From the IMG/VR virus record IMGVR_UViG_3300017700_000721, positions 54,082 to 118,081 of that record: a DNA stretch of 64,000 bases; one strand, 5' to 3'. The notes below the pieces were generated by a model. That model was not told the DNA's origin. It did no database searches and was given only the letters and a program-made list of their open reading frames with translations. Position numbers and translations under genes: made by a program. Shown one piece after another: positions 19,801 through 28,987 of the stretch (its first letter is position 1; each line of letters opens with the position of its first letter). Origin of the DNA: a virus. Its lineage: Duplodnaviria; Caudoviricetes.

Positions 19801-20916
19801 CGCTACAGTGATGGATCGGATCGCCGCTACACCGGCAGCGCCAAGCGCTCCAAATGCATAAGCTATCCCCGACAACATCGCGGGGCCAAAGTACCGGATA
19901 AGGGCCACGCCTGCCGCGATAATATATGGGGTGAGCTTCTCCATGTTGCCGCTGAGATAGATCACCGCGTCAGCTAGAGCGGTGGCTCCTTTCACGGCAG
20001 CCTGCATCACCCCGAACAACACGTCGCCGATGACATGAATAAAGGCGATGAAAGCCGGGTTCTTGAGAGCCGTGATAAGGTCTTCGATCGCTAAGCGCAG
20101 GGGCTCAGACGACTCCTTACCCATCTCGAAGGCGTCACCAAAGTACCCACCCAGAGCCTTCAAGGCGCCGCCGAGGGTCTCACGGGCAGCCTTAGCTGAT
20201 CCAGCGTATCGAGTCTCGAGGATCTCAAGCAACATCGCTTGAGCTTCCATCCCCTTACCAGAGTCCACCAGGCTCTTGATAGTCGTCTTCTGGGAGTCAG
20301 ACAGATTGACGCCAGACCTCCGCAGCATATTCATGCCTTGGATGGGGTTCTCAAGGGCCCGACCCAAGGTCCAGGCCGCGCTTGAGAGGTCAACCTTCAT
20401 CGCCTGGGCGAAGTCGACGGCTACTTTCGTAGCCTTCTCGAAGTTCTCCCCGCGCAGTCGCGTGAATGTGAGTAGGAGCGCCTGGGCTGAGTTAACCGCC
20501 TCGTCTCCGTAAACTGAGACTTGCTTCAGCTCCTCGGCCACGTCGTTCAAGGCGTCCTGTGTCTGCCCCGCAACCTGCTGGGTGGACTGTAGGGTTGCTG
20601 CAAGCTGAGCTTGCACGGAGTCAGCTTCTGAGGTGCTCTCGATGAAGGTGTGCAGGCTGAATGCAGCGAGGACACCCGCGGCGAGTGTCGTGACCGTCCC
20701 AATCAGCTTCCTATAGATTGAGTCAAGAGCACTTACCGAGGCAGTGAGAGCCGTATTCTCGTTGGCAACCTTCTTCGCTGCATCAGTGGCTGCGCTGGCC
20801 CAGCGGATGATCTGCCTTTCGGCAGCACTACCAACGCGGACGTTCTCCTCAAGGGCCTCGTTGACCTTCTCGATCGGCTTTGCGTCAGCCTGGTATGAGA
20901 GGGTTGCTACGTCCAT
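16888..20916 (-). CDS. tape measure protein
   Basis: 1342 aa, Ala-rich and helical, LGRALENPIQG motif, follows the tail chaperones. Confidence 0.92.
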   Translation of the reverse strand: MDVATLSYQADAKPIEKVNEALEENVRVGSAAERQIIRWASAATDAAKKVANENTALTASVSALDSIYRKLIGTVTTLAAGVLAAFSLHTFIESTSEADSVQAQLAATLQSTQQVAGQTQDALNDVAEELKQVSVYGDEAVNSAQALLLTFTRLRGENFEKATKVAVDFAQAMKVDLSSAAWTLGRALENPIQGMNMLRRSGVNLSDSQKTTIKSLVDSGKGMEAQAMLLEILETRYAGSAKAARETLGGALKALGGYFGDAFEMGKESSEPLRLAIEDLITALKNPAFIAFIHVIGDVLFGVMQAAVKGATALADAVIYLSGNMEKLTPYIIAAGVALIRYFGPAMLSGIAYAFGALGAAGVAAIRSITVAAMANPFGALVLAISAVLVAAYAFRDEISDILGFDIVEAGKKGVNFIINSFTAVYEDIKFLWSNFPDIIGAAVIGAVNAMTEGVNKMISYVSEKLDWLIEKANSVAPSWAQIPKIGFEGGKGPIANPYADRLAQNNALHSARQKDRLAQDPLGDLSNWWNSTGDKKGAQHGPNQPVASPEFDPSDDKSKAAEAYKKIIDAADQYIAKQKLEEQALGMTALAAATLRNEQDLLNKANEADLKLSPAQTAELKAKAAAMAEAAEKTKQATIVFNAGRDADRFIRDQQSEREAMFMSAKQANILRKEREALNKATADGTVLLPEAEEKLRAYARATAIAENETTALKDAVDFAKTTFQDFFTEMIGGIRQGMSAWDAFAMAATKALNKVMDKLISMALDEGLNAVMDSLTSVFKSASGVGGSPAGSAAGKSSVASGGVGLPSTGSTGMLSGLFSRNPFQGSVPSDGSYGPQQPGFLNSESGLAMGDFGMGNVMGGVSALMGGFKAITAKNTEDMIGGIGQAVGGALMMIPTPWTMAAGAVISLASAVLPSLLGGGDKRTHSSTNANLIYGSDGFYTTGGAYGEGANSLASEGNLKDAGQGITEVFKLLGGVKDGSKVWQLALDSWTAQGKDWSYTSQSTHLTNPETGQRQAWRMNEDNMMDTGSAQLVIKSLLSGAVGPITDALTTALHAMESYAPSLEEAAANIQFVTKQYENLGKIMGPAQEALDTIATTFGEMTDKAKKLNLSLDPINEAETKARTRFAQDFIDSMVSPFQVQLRALADQREAALNSAEYIRDNVEGVYVDIDKITAYYTKMQLQMTKEFYEQSVGSIQDALDQLTYGSLSGTSPLTMLQGLEGTYNQTLADAQSGDTDAQNRVAQEGLDYVAFAKTYFGGNKQSQEIKDQVRGQLAGLAASILKDSGVVDVVDQMGIINAETDTRNRQLIEAQARSIDELKEQLALLTDQIKRSNANKYM

Positions 20917-21350
20917 TACTCAGGGGTCCCTTTAGAGTATCCGGTGCGGCCTTCTTCGTTCTCTTTGGCCTTCCTCTTCTGTTCAGCCTCGGCTTTATCT
21001 CTAGCCTCTTTCTGTTCTCCGTTGTAGGCTGTAAGGAACGCCTGATCGAGACGGACGATAATCCGGACCTCATCCTGGGTCATGGGGTTAGCCATCAGCT
21101 CCATCCAATCCCGGATCATCCCAGGTTGAAGGGGCTCAGGACCTCCCATCCCACTTAAGCGCCTAGTTGATATATCCCAGAACCACCGGAGGATGTACTC
21201 GCCGTCCTCGCACTCAGGAGTTTCGGGGCTGGGTATCCCGAACCTCTCATTCCTCTGACGGCGGGTTTCACCGTCAGAGTCCGGTGTGTCGTATTTTACT
21301 AGTAGGCCTACTCGTTCGACTAGCTGGTCGAGGAGGCCGGCGTAAAATTC
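20916..21350 (-). CDS. tail assembly chaperone GT, C-terminal part (made by -1 frameshift)
   Basis: Lies in the -1 frame relative to 21320-21718; WFWDISTRR...GPEP...IRDW motif; no good independent start. Confidence 0.7.
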   Translation of the reverse strand, partial: EFYAGLLDQLVERVGLLVKYDTPDSDGETRRQRNERFGIPSPETPECEDGEYILRWFWDISTRRLSGMGGPEPLQPGMIRDWMELMANPMTQDEVRIIVRLDQAFLTAYNGEQKEARDKAEAEQKRKAKENEEGRTGYSKGTPE

Positions 21351-21718
21351 TCGATCTTGTTGGCTGCGGCCGTGACCTGGGTGTAAATCCAGTCGATCCC
21401 GAGCACCTCGATCGCCTTCTTCATCGAGAACTCGGTGCCGATCTTCTCGCCCTTGAACTCGTTGGTGCCCCAATCCCAGCTGGCGATACAGGCCGCGGCC
21501 GACTCGAGGGTTTCCTTCTCGAGCGAGACACTCTGAACCAGCTTGTTCTTAGCGCGGCGCTCGATGTTCTTGTCGAGGTGATGGCGGGCGACCTGCTTGG
21601 CGGCTTCGGAGCCCGAGGAGCGGATCTGGAACTTGATGCCAGTGGGCTGCTCGGTAGCAGGGTGAAGTAGCTCCAGCTCGAAAAGCTGGTCGTAGTTAAC
21701 AATATTCGCGATGTCCAA
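21320..21718 (-). CDS. tail assembly chaperone G
   Basis: Between the major tail and tape measure genes; LLHPAT..PTGI, IASWDWG. Confidence 0.8.
   Translation of the reverse strand: MDIANIVNYDQLFELELLHPATEQPTGIKFQIRSSGSEAAKQVARHHLDKNIERRAKNKLVQSVSLEKETLESAAACIASWDWGTNEFKGEKIGTEFSMKKAIEVLGIDWIYTQVTAAANKIENFTPASSTS
21344..21350 (-). other. -1 ribosomal slippery site G AAT TTT
   Basis: At the 3' end of chaperone G; shifts ...ENF into ...FYAGLLDQ of the GT frame. Confidence 0.65.
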
Positions 21719-21732
21719 TTGACTTCCCCTGA

Positions 21733-21764
21733 ATGAGTGCTAGGGACTCTGCCCTAGCACTCAT
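21733..21764 (-). other. perfect 13-bp stem-loop after the major tail gene
   Basis: ATGAGTGCTAGGG-cagagt-CCCTAGCACTCAT with no U-tract. Confidence 0.6.
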
Positions 21765-21780
21765 ACACAATCGTCCCGGT

Positions 21781-22545
21781 TTACGCGAGAATGGAGCCGA
21801 GTGAGTTCGCCGCGGACGAAGAGCCGGCACCGTTGATCGCGGTCACCTGCACTCGGATGTTGTCGGCGACGTCGCCCACGACCGGCACGTAGGTCTTGCC
21901 GGTGCCGCCGACCGAGACATTGGAGTAGGTTCCGTTGCCCGAGACGTCGTGCTGCCACTGGTACGAGAAACTCGTCGGCTGGTTGGTCCACACGCCTTCG
22001 ATCGCCGTGAGGGTGGTGCCGACCGTCATTGCGGCAGCCGAGATCGACGGCGGGCTGACATTCACGGGCACCGAGCCGGCGACCGGGTTGACCACGATTT
22101 CCTTCTGGACCAGGCCGAGCGTGAATACCTCGAGGATGAAGTCTTCGTTGCGACCGTTCGGACGGGTCGGGCCGGTGACCAGGCCTCGATTGTAGTAGAT
22201 CGAGTTGGTGAAGTCAGCCTGAGGCTTGTCGGCGTCTTCGACCTTGAAGGCGTAGTAGAACTTGGTCTGACCCATCGAGCGGAGCAGGATCTGCCCGGCA
22301 TCGGTCGGGTTACGGGCCACTTCGACAGCCGGATCGCCCGCGTTGCTGATGCCCTTCTGCTTCTGGGCAACTTCGGTCGCAAGCTCGGGGTACGTGAGGA
22401 TGTTCTCGGAGGTGCCGGCTTCGCCGACCGATCCGACGTTCTTCACTTCGACCCAGGTCAGGCCTTCATAGGCCGCCTGGTTGATGTCGATCGGCTGCGG
22501 GGTAGCGCAAACATAAAGCTTGCGGCCCTTGTTAGTGTTCGCCAT
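21781..22545 (-). CDS. major tail tube protein with C-terminal Ig-like domain
   Basis: LTWVEVKNVGSVGEAG, KQKG..NAG, DAGQ; C-terminal VNVSPPSI..VGTTLT..GVW..YQWQ. Confidence 0.88.
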   Translation of the reverse strand: MANTNKGRKLYVCATPQPIDINQAAYEGLTWVEVKNVGSVGEAGTSENILTYPELATEVAQKQKGISNAGDPAVEVARNPTDAGQILLRSMGQTKFYYAFKVEDADKPQADFTNSIYYNRGLVTGPTRPNGRNEDFILEVFTLGLVQKEIVVNPVAGSVPVNVSPPSISAAAMTVGTTLTAIEGVWTNQPTSFSYQWQHDVSGNGTYSNVSVGGTGKTYVPVVGDVADNIRVQVTAINGAGSSSAANSLGSILA

Positions 22546-22586
22546 CAGATCACTCCTCTATCAACGGTGACCCGAGAGCGGGCCGA

Positions 22587-23000
22587 CTACGCAAATGCCT
22601 CATAAGGCACACTCACAGGAACTTCCCATGAGACCTTGGTAGGAACTCCATCGCCGATGGAAGGTCTCTCCGTGATCGTGACCTTGATGCCGTTGATCCA
22701 ATAAGGATCGTCTACCCGGAAGTGACTCACTATCTCCCCTGCTATGTCAATGGCCGGAAGTTCATCCTGGTTCAGAGGCCACTTCAGCAGGACCTGCATT
22801 ATCCCTTTGTGGCGGTCGGGACCTCCACTCAAGAAGAGGCGGTCAATCTTGTTGTTGAAGACGCTCACTTCCAGGTACGCAGTTCCGTCAGGAGGTGGGG
22901 CAGTTGTCTGGTTCGGCCACACAACCGGAAGAGGAGGGGTCAAGTTTAGCGCCACCACCATGTCCAGAAGTGCTTTGTAAATTGATCCTTCTTTAGTCAT
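22587..23000 (-). CDS. tail terminator protein
   Basis: VVWPN..PP..AYLEV, GIMQV, VPVSVPY; directly upstream of the major tail gene. Confidence 0.75.
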   Translation of the reverse strand: MTKEGSIYKALLDMVVALNLTPPLPVVWPNQTTAPPPDGTAYLEVSVFNNKIDRLFLSGGPDRHKGIMQVLLKWPLNQDELPAIDIAGEIVSHFRVDDPYWINGIKVTITERPSIGDGVPTKVSWEVPVSVPYEAFA

Positions 23001-23412
23001 AGTCCGTGGCCGCCTTCCCGGATGCGTTCTTGACAGCCTCCTTCACAATCGAAGGCCACTGCTGGACAGCTAGTCTTGTGAACCCGCATCGTAACTCTTG
23101 AATGGGCGCGTAAGGAGCGCGGAACCCTAGGTAAACTGTGTCCTTGAACTGTAGGTTTGCAATCGTTGCTGCAATGTAGGATGACGGGTCGGCAAACTTT
23201 GCTCTGTCCGTCACAATCGTTACCCGGGCCTTCACGGTCACCATCCTGGAGTTGTAAAGGTTGCCCGTCAGGTACGGAAGATTTCCACCTTGCTGCCTGG
23301 GCAAGGACATCACACGCTCGACGCCTGCGACAGCGGCTCTATGAATAGCCAGGCTCTTCGCTTGCGTCTTGTTGGCTATTCGCCTTAGCTGAACTGCGAA
23401 GCTGGGAGGCAT
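22993..23412 (-). CDS. tail completion protein (HK97 gp10-like)
   Basis: PYLTGNLYNS, APYA..E..GF.RLAVQQW. Confidence 0.7.
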   Translation of the reverse strand: MPPSFAVQLRRIANKTQAKSLAIHRAAVAGVERVMSLPRQQGGNLPYLTGNLYNSRMVTVKARVTIVTDRAKFADPSSYIAATIANLQFKDTVYLGFRAPYAPIQELRCGFTRLAVQQWPSIVKEAVKNASGKAATDYD

Positions 23413-23413
23413 G

Positions 23414-23815
23414 TTAACCCGCTATAAACCATCCGATATTGACCACTTCTCCCAAAGGGGGAGTTCGTTGGGTCTTCTTTATCTGCCTCACCTTCCCGTC
23501 AACCTTGATTAGGTCTTCCATCGAAGGAAGGAGAGCGGTAACTACGCCGTTGACCTTGCCGAAAGGAGGGCTGGTGACAATCTGATCTGTCACCAGGATC
23601 AGTGACCCATCCGCTAGGTCCTCATCGACACCCGAGACCAAGGCGTCAAGTACGTATTCGACAATCGTCTTTGCCCCCTGCAGATAAGGGGTGGCCGGGT
23701 CGGAGGGTCCGTAGGATAGCTTCTGAACGATTACTGAGTGAGCTCCCGAAGAGTGCTTCCACTTCTTGGTTTCCCGTGTCAGATCTCTCTGTATCTTGGT
23801 GTATATGCTGGTCAT
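23414..23815 (-). CDS. head closure/stopper protein
   Basis: Position; DGSLILVTD...DLIKVDG. Confidence 0.6.
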   Translation of the reverse strand: MTSIYTKIQRDLTRETKKWKHSSGAHSVIVQKLSYGPSDPATPYLQGAKTIVEYVLDALVSGVDEDLADGSLILVTDQIVTSPPFGKVNGVVTALLPSMEDLIKVDGKVRQIKKTQRTPPLGEVVNIGWFIAG

Positions 23816-24361
23816 TTATCTGACCACGGTCTGCAGGTTCGGACCAAGCCAGTCAATAGGCTTGAGCTGGGCTATCGACCGCATCATCACCTCGACGTCG
23901 GGCAGTCTGGCGTCGAAGAGGTTCGACATCACCTGTTCGTTCTTCTTGTACGTGACTGATGTGCCGTTCTGAGACCATGAGGAAAGGTCGCCCTGAGAAC
24001 TGGCTAGATACGGATCCAACAGGCTTGGCTCGAGTGTGGCCTGGTACACGAACATGACCACGGATTTCTTCAGCTGGATGGGTATGGTTCCGGCCGGGAT
24101 CACCCGGCCTTGCTCGTCGTAGTTCCGGGTCCTGGGATACTGCAGGTTCTGGGTCGTCGTCTTGGTGTTACCGTAGTATCTCCAACGACGGTCCAGGTAC
24201 TGGGTTGCACTCACGATCAGGATCTTTATTGCTTCGTCCGAAGTTCCGGCCGGAAGAGCATAGCCCATGTTCTCAAGGAGTTGCTTGAACTCCGTAAGTT
24301 CCATGTAGGTCGTTGCGTCCGCTACGCCGGTCCCGTTCTCTACGCTCCAGGTGAGGGCCAT
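23816..24361 (-). CDS. head-tail adaptor (DnaT-like phage family)
   Basis: VENGTGVADATTY, ATQYLD, QNLQYPR, IPIQLK. Confidence 0.75.
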   Translation of the reverse strand: MALTWSVENGTGVADATTYMELTEFKQLLENMGYALPAGTSDEAIKILIVSATQYLDRRWRYYGNTKTTTQNLQYPRTRNYDEQGRVIPAGTIPIQLKKSVVMFVYQATLEPSLLDPYLASSQGDLSSWSQNGTSVTYKKNEQVMSNLFDARLPDVEVMMRSIAQLKPIDWLGPNLQTVVR

Positions 24362-25029
24362 TAGATCATGTCCTTCTTGGTGAAGGGCTTCAGGTCCTGT
24401 CGGTAAGCCTCGCTGAGGTCTTCCTTGGTCACCTTCTCCAGGTTCCCGCGCAAGTATTTGTACTGGCTGGCAACCTGCTGAGCCACCACAAGCTTGAGAC
24501 CCTCGTCCACCTGAACAACCCCGTAGTCATCCAGTGGATCCGGATCTCCTTCCGGCGCAACTGAGACCGGATAACCTCCAGTGTAGGTCACTCGGAAGCC
24601 GCGAGGGGAGTACGTAAACATCCGCCCGTTGATCGGCACGTAGCTTGTGTAAACGTAGTCGGTGGCACCTCTCACCACGATCTTTCCCTTGTCCGGCTCC
24701 ACCGTGTAATCCTGGCTGGTGAAGTTCAAGACAAGGATTGAACCTTGAGGTCGCCACTCGTAAGGAGAATACTCCACCTTCAAGGGCTGGGCCATGTCAA
24801 TAGGATAGGCGTCCATCAGAAGCCATTGAGGCTCCGGGTCCGCAACAGCCTGGTCGTAGGATTGCCTGAACTCGACACGCTCCATCTTCCCAAAGGAACG
24901 GCGGGTCAGTCGGACTGCCTCGTCCGAGGCCGACTGGATAAGCCCGTTCAAGATCCCGTCCGGCATGGTGTCGGCCCGCGGGAGCATAAGCAAATCTTTT
25001 ACCAATGCTCGCTCTACCAGCTTAACCAT
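24361..25029 (-). CDS. head-tail connector-like protein
   Basis: LIQSASD...RSF, FRVTYTGGY, LKLVV. Confidence 0.6.
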   Translation of the reverse strand: MVKLVERALVKDLLMLPRADTMPDGILNGLIQSASDEAVRLTRRSFGKMERVEFRQSYDQAVADPEPQWLLMDAYPIDMAQPLKVEYSPYEWRPQGSILVLNFTSQDYTVEPDKGKIVVRGATDYVYTSYVPINGRMFTYSPRGFRVTYTGGYPVSVAPEGDPDPLDDYGVVQVDEGLKLVVAQQVASQYKYLRGNLEKVTKEDLSEAYRQDLKPFTKKDMI

Positions 25030-25489
25030 TCTCTCGTTCCTTCACCTTTTCCAGGTGGTGTACCCTCAACACCTGTATTTCATATAGAGCCGAGGCCTTG
25101 GCTTCTTTGTCCTCAATCAGGCGGTACCGCACCAAGTTCTGGACTGCGGATACGATGATCATTGGAAAAGCGGTCGCCTCGTATCCGACCGTGTAAGTGA
25201 TCTTGTAGTTGGATTGAGGTAGCGTAGGGTACATCAACCCGAGGTGGGAGATTAAGTCTTGCTTTTGCCCTTCCACCAAGGCATCCCGGGCAGGGAAGAA
25301 CTCCAGTTTGATCATCTCAAAGCCCAGCAGCTTTTGCTCTTCCACTTCTCTCTTGATCACAGGGGACTGAGTCAGCGCCTCAATCACGAGCTGAGCTCGA
25401 CGGATAGCCTCAGCTATCTCCTCCAAAGAGAAAAGGGCTCCCGGTTTATCCAGAAGCCCTTTCATTTCTGATGGTGTCGGAAGTCGCAC
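25022..25489 (-). CDS. head-tail connector-like protein
   Basis: AIRRAQ..IE..T, YKITYTVGY...PMII..AV. Confidence 0.55.
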   Translation of the reverse strand: MRLPTPSEMKGLLDKPGALFSLEEIAEAIRRAQLVIEALTQSPVIKREVEEQKLLGFEMIKLEFFPARDALVEGQKQDLISHLGLMYPTLPQSNYKITYTVGYEATAFPMIIVSAVQNLVRYRLIEDKEAKASALYEIQVLRVHHLEKVKERENG

Positions 25490-25989
25490 TAGCCGCTCGC
25501 GTTGGCGCCGACTTGACCGGTGCTCTTGCGGGCCAGGTCAGTAATCTCGCGCACCTTGCCGCCTGCGATCGGAGGCATATCCTTCTGGCGCAGAAGGGCC
25601 AGTAGCGTCGGGGTGTCAGCGTACCCTGCGCCGTTCTTCTTGATCGCTTCGGCCTCGAGGATCACCTTGTAGTAGGCTTCATCATCGTAGGTCGGGCGAG
25701 AAGGCTCCGAAGGGCGCGACGGTGAACTGAGCACCGTCGACGTACCCAAAACTTCGAGCTTCGGTTCCGTCGGCTGAGCTGCGGCAGCCTGGGCTCGCTT
25801 CACCACGTCCTCGGGTGCGGGAAAGGCCTCGCCGTCGATCAGGTTCGGGATCGACAGAAGCTGCTCCTTGTCGGCCGTGATGTCGTCGAGGTTGGTGGCA
25901 TATCCCAGATCGTCGAACTTGATGTTGCCGTAGGGCGTGATCAGCTCTTCGTTCCGAAGACGGTTGTGGCGGATGATGGGGGTTTTCAA
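25489..25989 (-). CDS. hypothetical protein
   Basis: ORF with RBS (AGGAG) and TTG start, after the capsid terminator. Confidence 0.6.
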   Translation of the reverse strand: MKTPIIRHNRLRNEELITPYGNIKFDDLGYATNLDDITADKEQLLSIPNLIDGEAFPAPEDVVKRAQAAAAQPTEPKLEVLGTSTVLSSPSRPSEPSRPTYDDEAYYKVILEAEAIKKNGAGYADTPTLLALLRQKDMPPIAGGKVREITDLARKSTGQVGANASG

Positions 25990-26007
25990 GCTTCAATCTC
26001 CTTGCCC

Positions 26008-26040
26008 AAAAGAAAAGGGCGGCCTGGTTAAGACCGCCCT
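26008..26040 (-). terminator. intrinsic terminator after the major capsid gene
   Basis: AGGGCGGTC-ttaacca-GGCCGCCCT followed by a T-tract. Confidence 0.85.
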
Positions 26041-26063
26041 CCTCAATTTCAACGTGGGGCTTG

Positions 26064-27434
26064 TTAGCCGCTAGCCTTGCCGATGTTGCGGAAGACCACG
26101 TTCTTCTTCGGAGCGAAGACGATCGGGGTTCCATACAGCAGCTGCATCCAGCGGATAGACGGGCTCACGATGGCGAGCTGCATCTTGATCATGGGCGACA
26201 GCTGCTTGAAAGTCAGCGACTGCTGGGTGAGGTCGAGCATCAGGCCGATGAAGGTGTTCGGACGATACACGTTCTGATCGTTCCAGACCGTGCTGTTCAC
26301 GTACACGCCACCGGACTTCGCGCGCGGGACGACGTAGCCGATGAAGTAGGCCACCGCTCCGTTCTTCTCGGTACGATAGACCTTGTAGGCCGTCGCCGGG
26401 AAGGTACCGCCCTGGTCCGCGATCGTCAGCGGAACCATCTGGGTCGTGGCAACCGTGACGGCCGAGCTGAGGGCCGTGGCCGCCGACTCGCCGTACTGGT
26501 TGACCGCGCTCACCGCGTACTTGTAGTCGCCGGCGTCCGTGGTCTTGAACTTCGGCGAGGCCGTTCCGGTCGCCGCAGCCGGCGTGACGGTCGGGGTGTT
26601 CGGCGCCTTGGTCGAGTTGGCCGACAGGGGCGGGGTCGTGCCGGTCTTCACGAACGTGTCCGGCTCGAAGCCAACCAGGCCCGAAGAGGTCTGGACGCTC
26701 GTGACGGGCGTGCCCACCGGGCCAACCTGACCAGCGGAGAAGCGCTGATACTGGTTGTAGTAGTTCGAGAAGTCCGAGAAGACCTTGTTGTTCGAGAAGA
26801 GCTTCATCGGCACGCCGAAGTTCTCGGCGACGAGGTAGGCTCCGAGCTCAACCTGCTCCTTGGTGAGCGGGGCGCCTTCGCAGTCGATGACGTGGCCTGC
26901 GCCACCTTCGATCTGCTTGGTGAGGCTGTTCCACTCGACCGGGACAGCATCGGCGTCGCCGTAGTAGAGGCCGTTGTTCGCCTTGCCCATCAGCCAGAGG
27001 GCGCCATTCGACGTCTCCTGGGCGATGATGTCGGCCGGCACGGTGCGCACGAGGGTCGCGGGGTGGTTGACGGCTCGGGTCGTGCCGAGGTACTTCACGA
27101 GCTGGTTCGTGCGCTCGTAAGTGCTGTCCTCTTCCTGCGGAAGCTCGCCGGACTGGGTGAAGCCGCCGCCCTGGCCGCCGTACTCGAGCAGGCGGTTGTA
27201 TTCCTCGACGGTGGAATAGGCGTCCGTCTTCGGGATCATGTTCCACAGCTTGATGTTGGTCGCGCTGTAGGTGAGCAGCTTGAGCGTGGCTTCCAGGCTC
27301 TCGACTCGCAGGGCATCGAAGCCGGTGCCGGTCGCAGGCATCTGATAGCCGATGTCGAGCGCCTTACGCAGCTCGCCGAGGTCAGCAAGCGAGGAAACCC
27401 CGAAGCCTTCCTGCAGATTGATCTGACCTTCCAT
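26064..27434 (-). CDS. major capsid protein (HK97 fold, SPO1/Twort-like type)
   Basis: ELRKAL.IGY...ALRVESLEATLKLLT, STVEEY, VKYLG, LYYGDA; very high GC3. Confidence 0.9.
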   Translation of the reverse strand: MEGQINLQEGFGVSSLADLGELRKALDIGYQMPATGTGFDALRVESLEATLKLLTYSATNIKLWNMIPKTDAYSTVEEYNRLLEYGGQGGGFTQSGELPQEEDSTYERTNQLVKYLGTTRAVNHPATLVRTVPADIIAQETSNGALWLMGKANNGLYYGDADAVPVEWNSLTKQIEGGAGHVIDCEGAPLTKEQVELGAYLVAENFGVPMKLFSNNKVFSDFSNYYNQYQRFSAGQVGPVGTPVTSVQTSSGLVGFEPDTFVKTGTTPPLSANSTKAPNTPTVTPAAATGTASPKFKTTDAGDYKYAVSAVNQYGESAATALSSAVTVATTQMVPLTIADQGGTFPATAYKVYRTEKNGAVAYFIGYVVPRAKSGGVYVNSTVWNDQNVYRPNTFIGLMLDLTQQSLTFKQLSPMIKMQLAIVSPSIRWMQLLYGTPIVFAPKKNVVFRNIGKASG

Positions 27435-27482
27435 CTCTAGTCTCCGTAGATTGGCTTCGGGGTTTCTATCTGGTTGACCGGC

Positions 27483-28127
27483 TTACTGACCGGCCACCTT
27501 CTTCTGCGCGGCCGCCAGGTCTGCATCGCTGATCTGGCCGGTGGACTCGAACTTGATGGCTGCGGTGAGCCACTGGTTGCTCTCGGGCGTGTTCGGCCCG
27601 AAGGACTTCGCGAGCTGCTCGAGGCCGAACGAGATCTGGCGGCGGGCGGCGGCCTTCTGCTCCGGCGTCATCTCAGCGGCGGTCAGGGCCTTGGCCGGGG
27701 TAAGCGACTTGTTGAGCACCTCGGCCGGCTGGGCCGTGATGGTCTTCGGGGCGGCGACGGTGCCGTCACCCATCTTCTCGATGGCCGCGGTGTTCGCGTC
27801 GATCGACTTCTTCAGGTCCGTGAGCACCCGGATGTTCGCCAGGTTGAACTCGCGACCGTTGGTGATCGACTTCGCCATCGCTTCGAGCGAGCTGTCGATG
27901 TGGGCGCCGAACAAGGAGACGACCTCGTTCAGGAGGTCCGAAACCTCGAGGCCCTTCAGGAGCGGAGCCGAGGCCTTGCCCTTGAGTGCGTCGATCGACT
28001 TGTTCAGCACCTGGACCTCGACGGTCGGCTCGGCAACGACCGCAACGGCGGCCGGCTTCGCGGTGAGATCATTGATCGACTTGAGGAGATCTTCCTCGGT
28101 CACAACGGCGGGGGTGGCGGTGGACAT
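27483..28127 (-). CDS. scaffold-like head protein
   Basis: Between protease and capsid; helical; repeated LLKS/LNKS/MAKS/LKKS/LAKS. Confidence 0.65.
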   Translation of the reverse strand: MSTATPAVVTEEDLLKSINDLTAKPAAVAVVAEPTVEVQVLNKSIDALKGKASAPLLKGLEVSDLLNEVVSLFGAHIDSSLEAMAKSITNGREFNLANIRVLTDLKKSIDANTAAIEKMGDGTVAAPKTITAQPAEVLNKSLTPAKALTAAEMTPEQKAAARRQISFGLEQLAKSFGPNTPESNQWLTAAIKFESTGQISDADLAAAQKKVAGQ

Positions 28128-28131
28128 TGAG

Positions 28132-28935
28132 TTAGCTCCTCGAGTTCGACTTGTAAAGGGTATATTTCACGACCTTACTCGCAAGGTCATAAGACCAGGC
28201 AGGCTTCTGCTTCAAGACGAAGAGAATGGCTTCGTCGTTGGTAAGCGGCCGGGACGCGGTGTCGCTCTTGGCCAGGATCTCTTGCTGAGCCTTGACCACT
28301 TCCTCTGCCACGTGCTTGGCAAAGTCTGCCGGCAAGCCCTCCGTCCCAGCCAGAGCATTGTAGGCTGCGAGGCTCTTGCACATCTTGACGAGGGTAAGCG
28401 GGTGCACCGGAGCGGCTGTCACGGCGACCCCGTGGACGAAGGCCTTCACGATGTTGCCGTTGCGCGTGTCGCGGGCGATCTTGCCGTCGAGTGACAGGCC
28501 CAGGCTTCCCTGGTCACCGTTGACCGACTTCATGATGTTACGGATCTCTACCGCCTTCGGGACGTGCTTGTAAAATTCCCCTTCCACGAAGACGGAGGCA
28601 GAGTCCGGCGCGTTTGGAAAGTCCGACTTGCGGAGGGCTTCCAGCTTGGCGGGGGTGATGATCGAAATTCCCGTCAGGAAACCCACCTGGTCGGCAGGCT
28701 GACGGGAATGGTCCCAATTGACGAAGCCACGCTGGGCGGCGTACGACAGGTCGAGGGACTTGCGCAGGATTGTGTCACCCTGCTGATCGCGGTTCTCGTC
28801 GGAAGCAATCCCCTGAAACCGCCACGGACCTTCATCGCCTTCAGGCGCGATGGCCTTGAAGAGATCGGCCTTAAAGAGGGCTTCCGAGGGACCTTCACCT
28901 AGGCTCGGGTCGGTCGAGATTTCCGATGTGAACAT
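28132..28935 (-). CDS. prohead protease
   Basis: FQGIAS...DQQGD, VNWDH, GLSLDG, VAVT..PV. Confidence 0.85.
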   Translation of the reverse strand: MFTSEISTDPSLGEGPSEALFKADLFKAIAPEGDEGPWRFQGIASDENRDQQGDTILRKSLDLSYAAQRGFVNWDHSRQPADQVGFLTGISIITPAKLEALRKSDFPNAPDSASVFVEGEFYKHVPKAVEIRNIMKSVNGDQGSLGLSLDGKIARDTRNGNIVKAFVHGVAVTAAPVHPLTLVKMCKSLAAYNALAGTEGLPADFAKHVAEEVVKAQQEILAKSDTASRPLTNDEAILFVLKQKPAWSYDLASKVVKYTLYKSNSRS

Positions 28936-28987
28936 TCAAAAGTCTCGCGAGGAGAGAAAGCTATCTCTTCACCCCGCGAGGCTTGTG

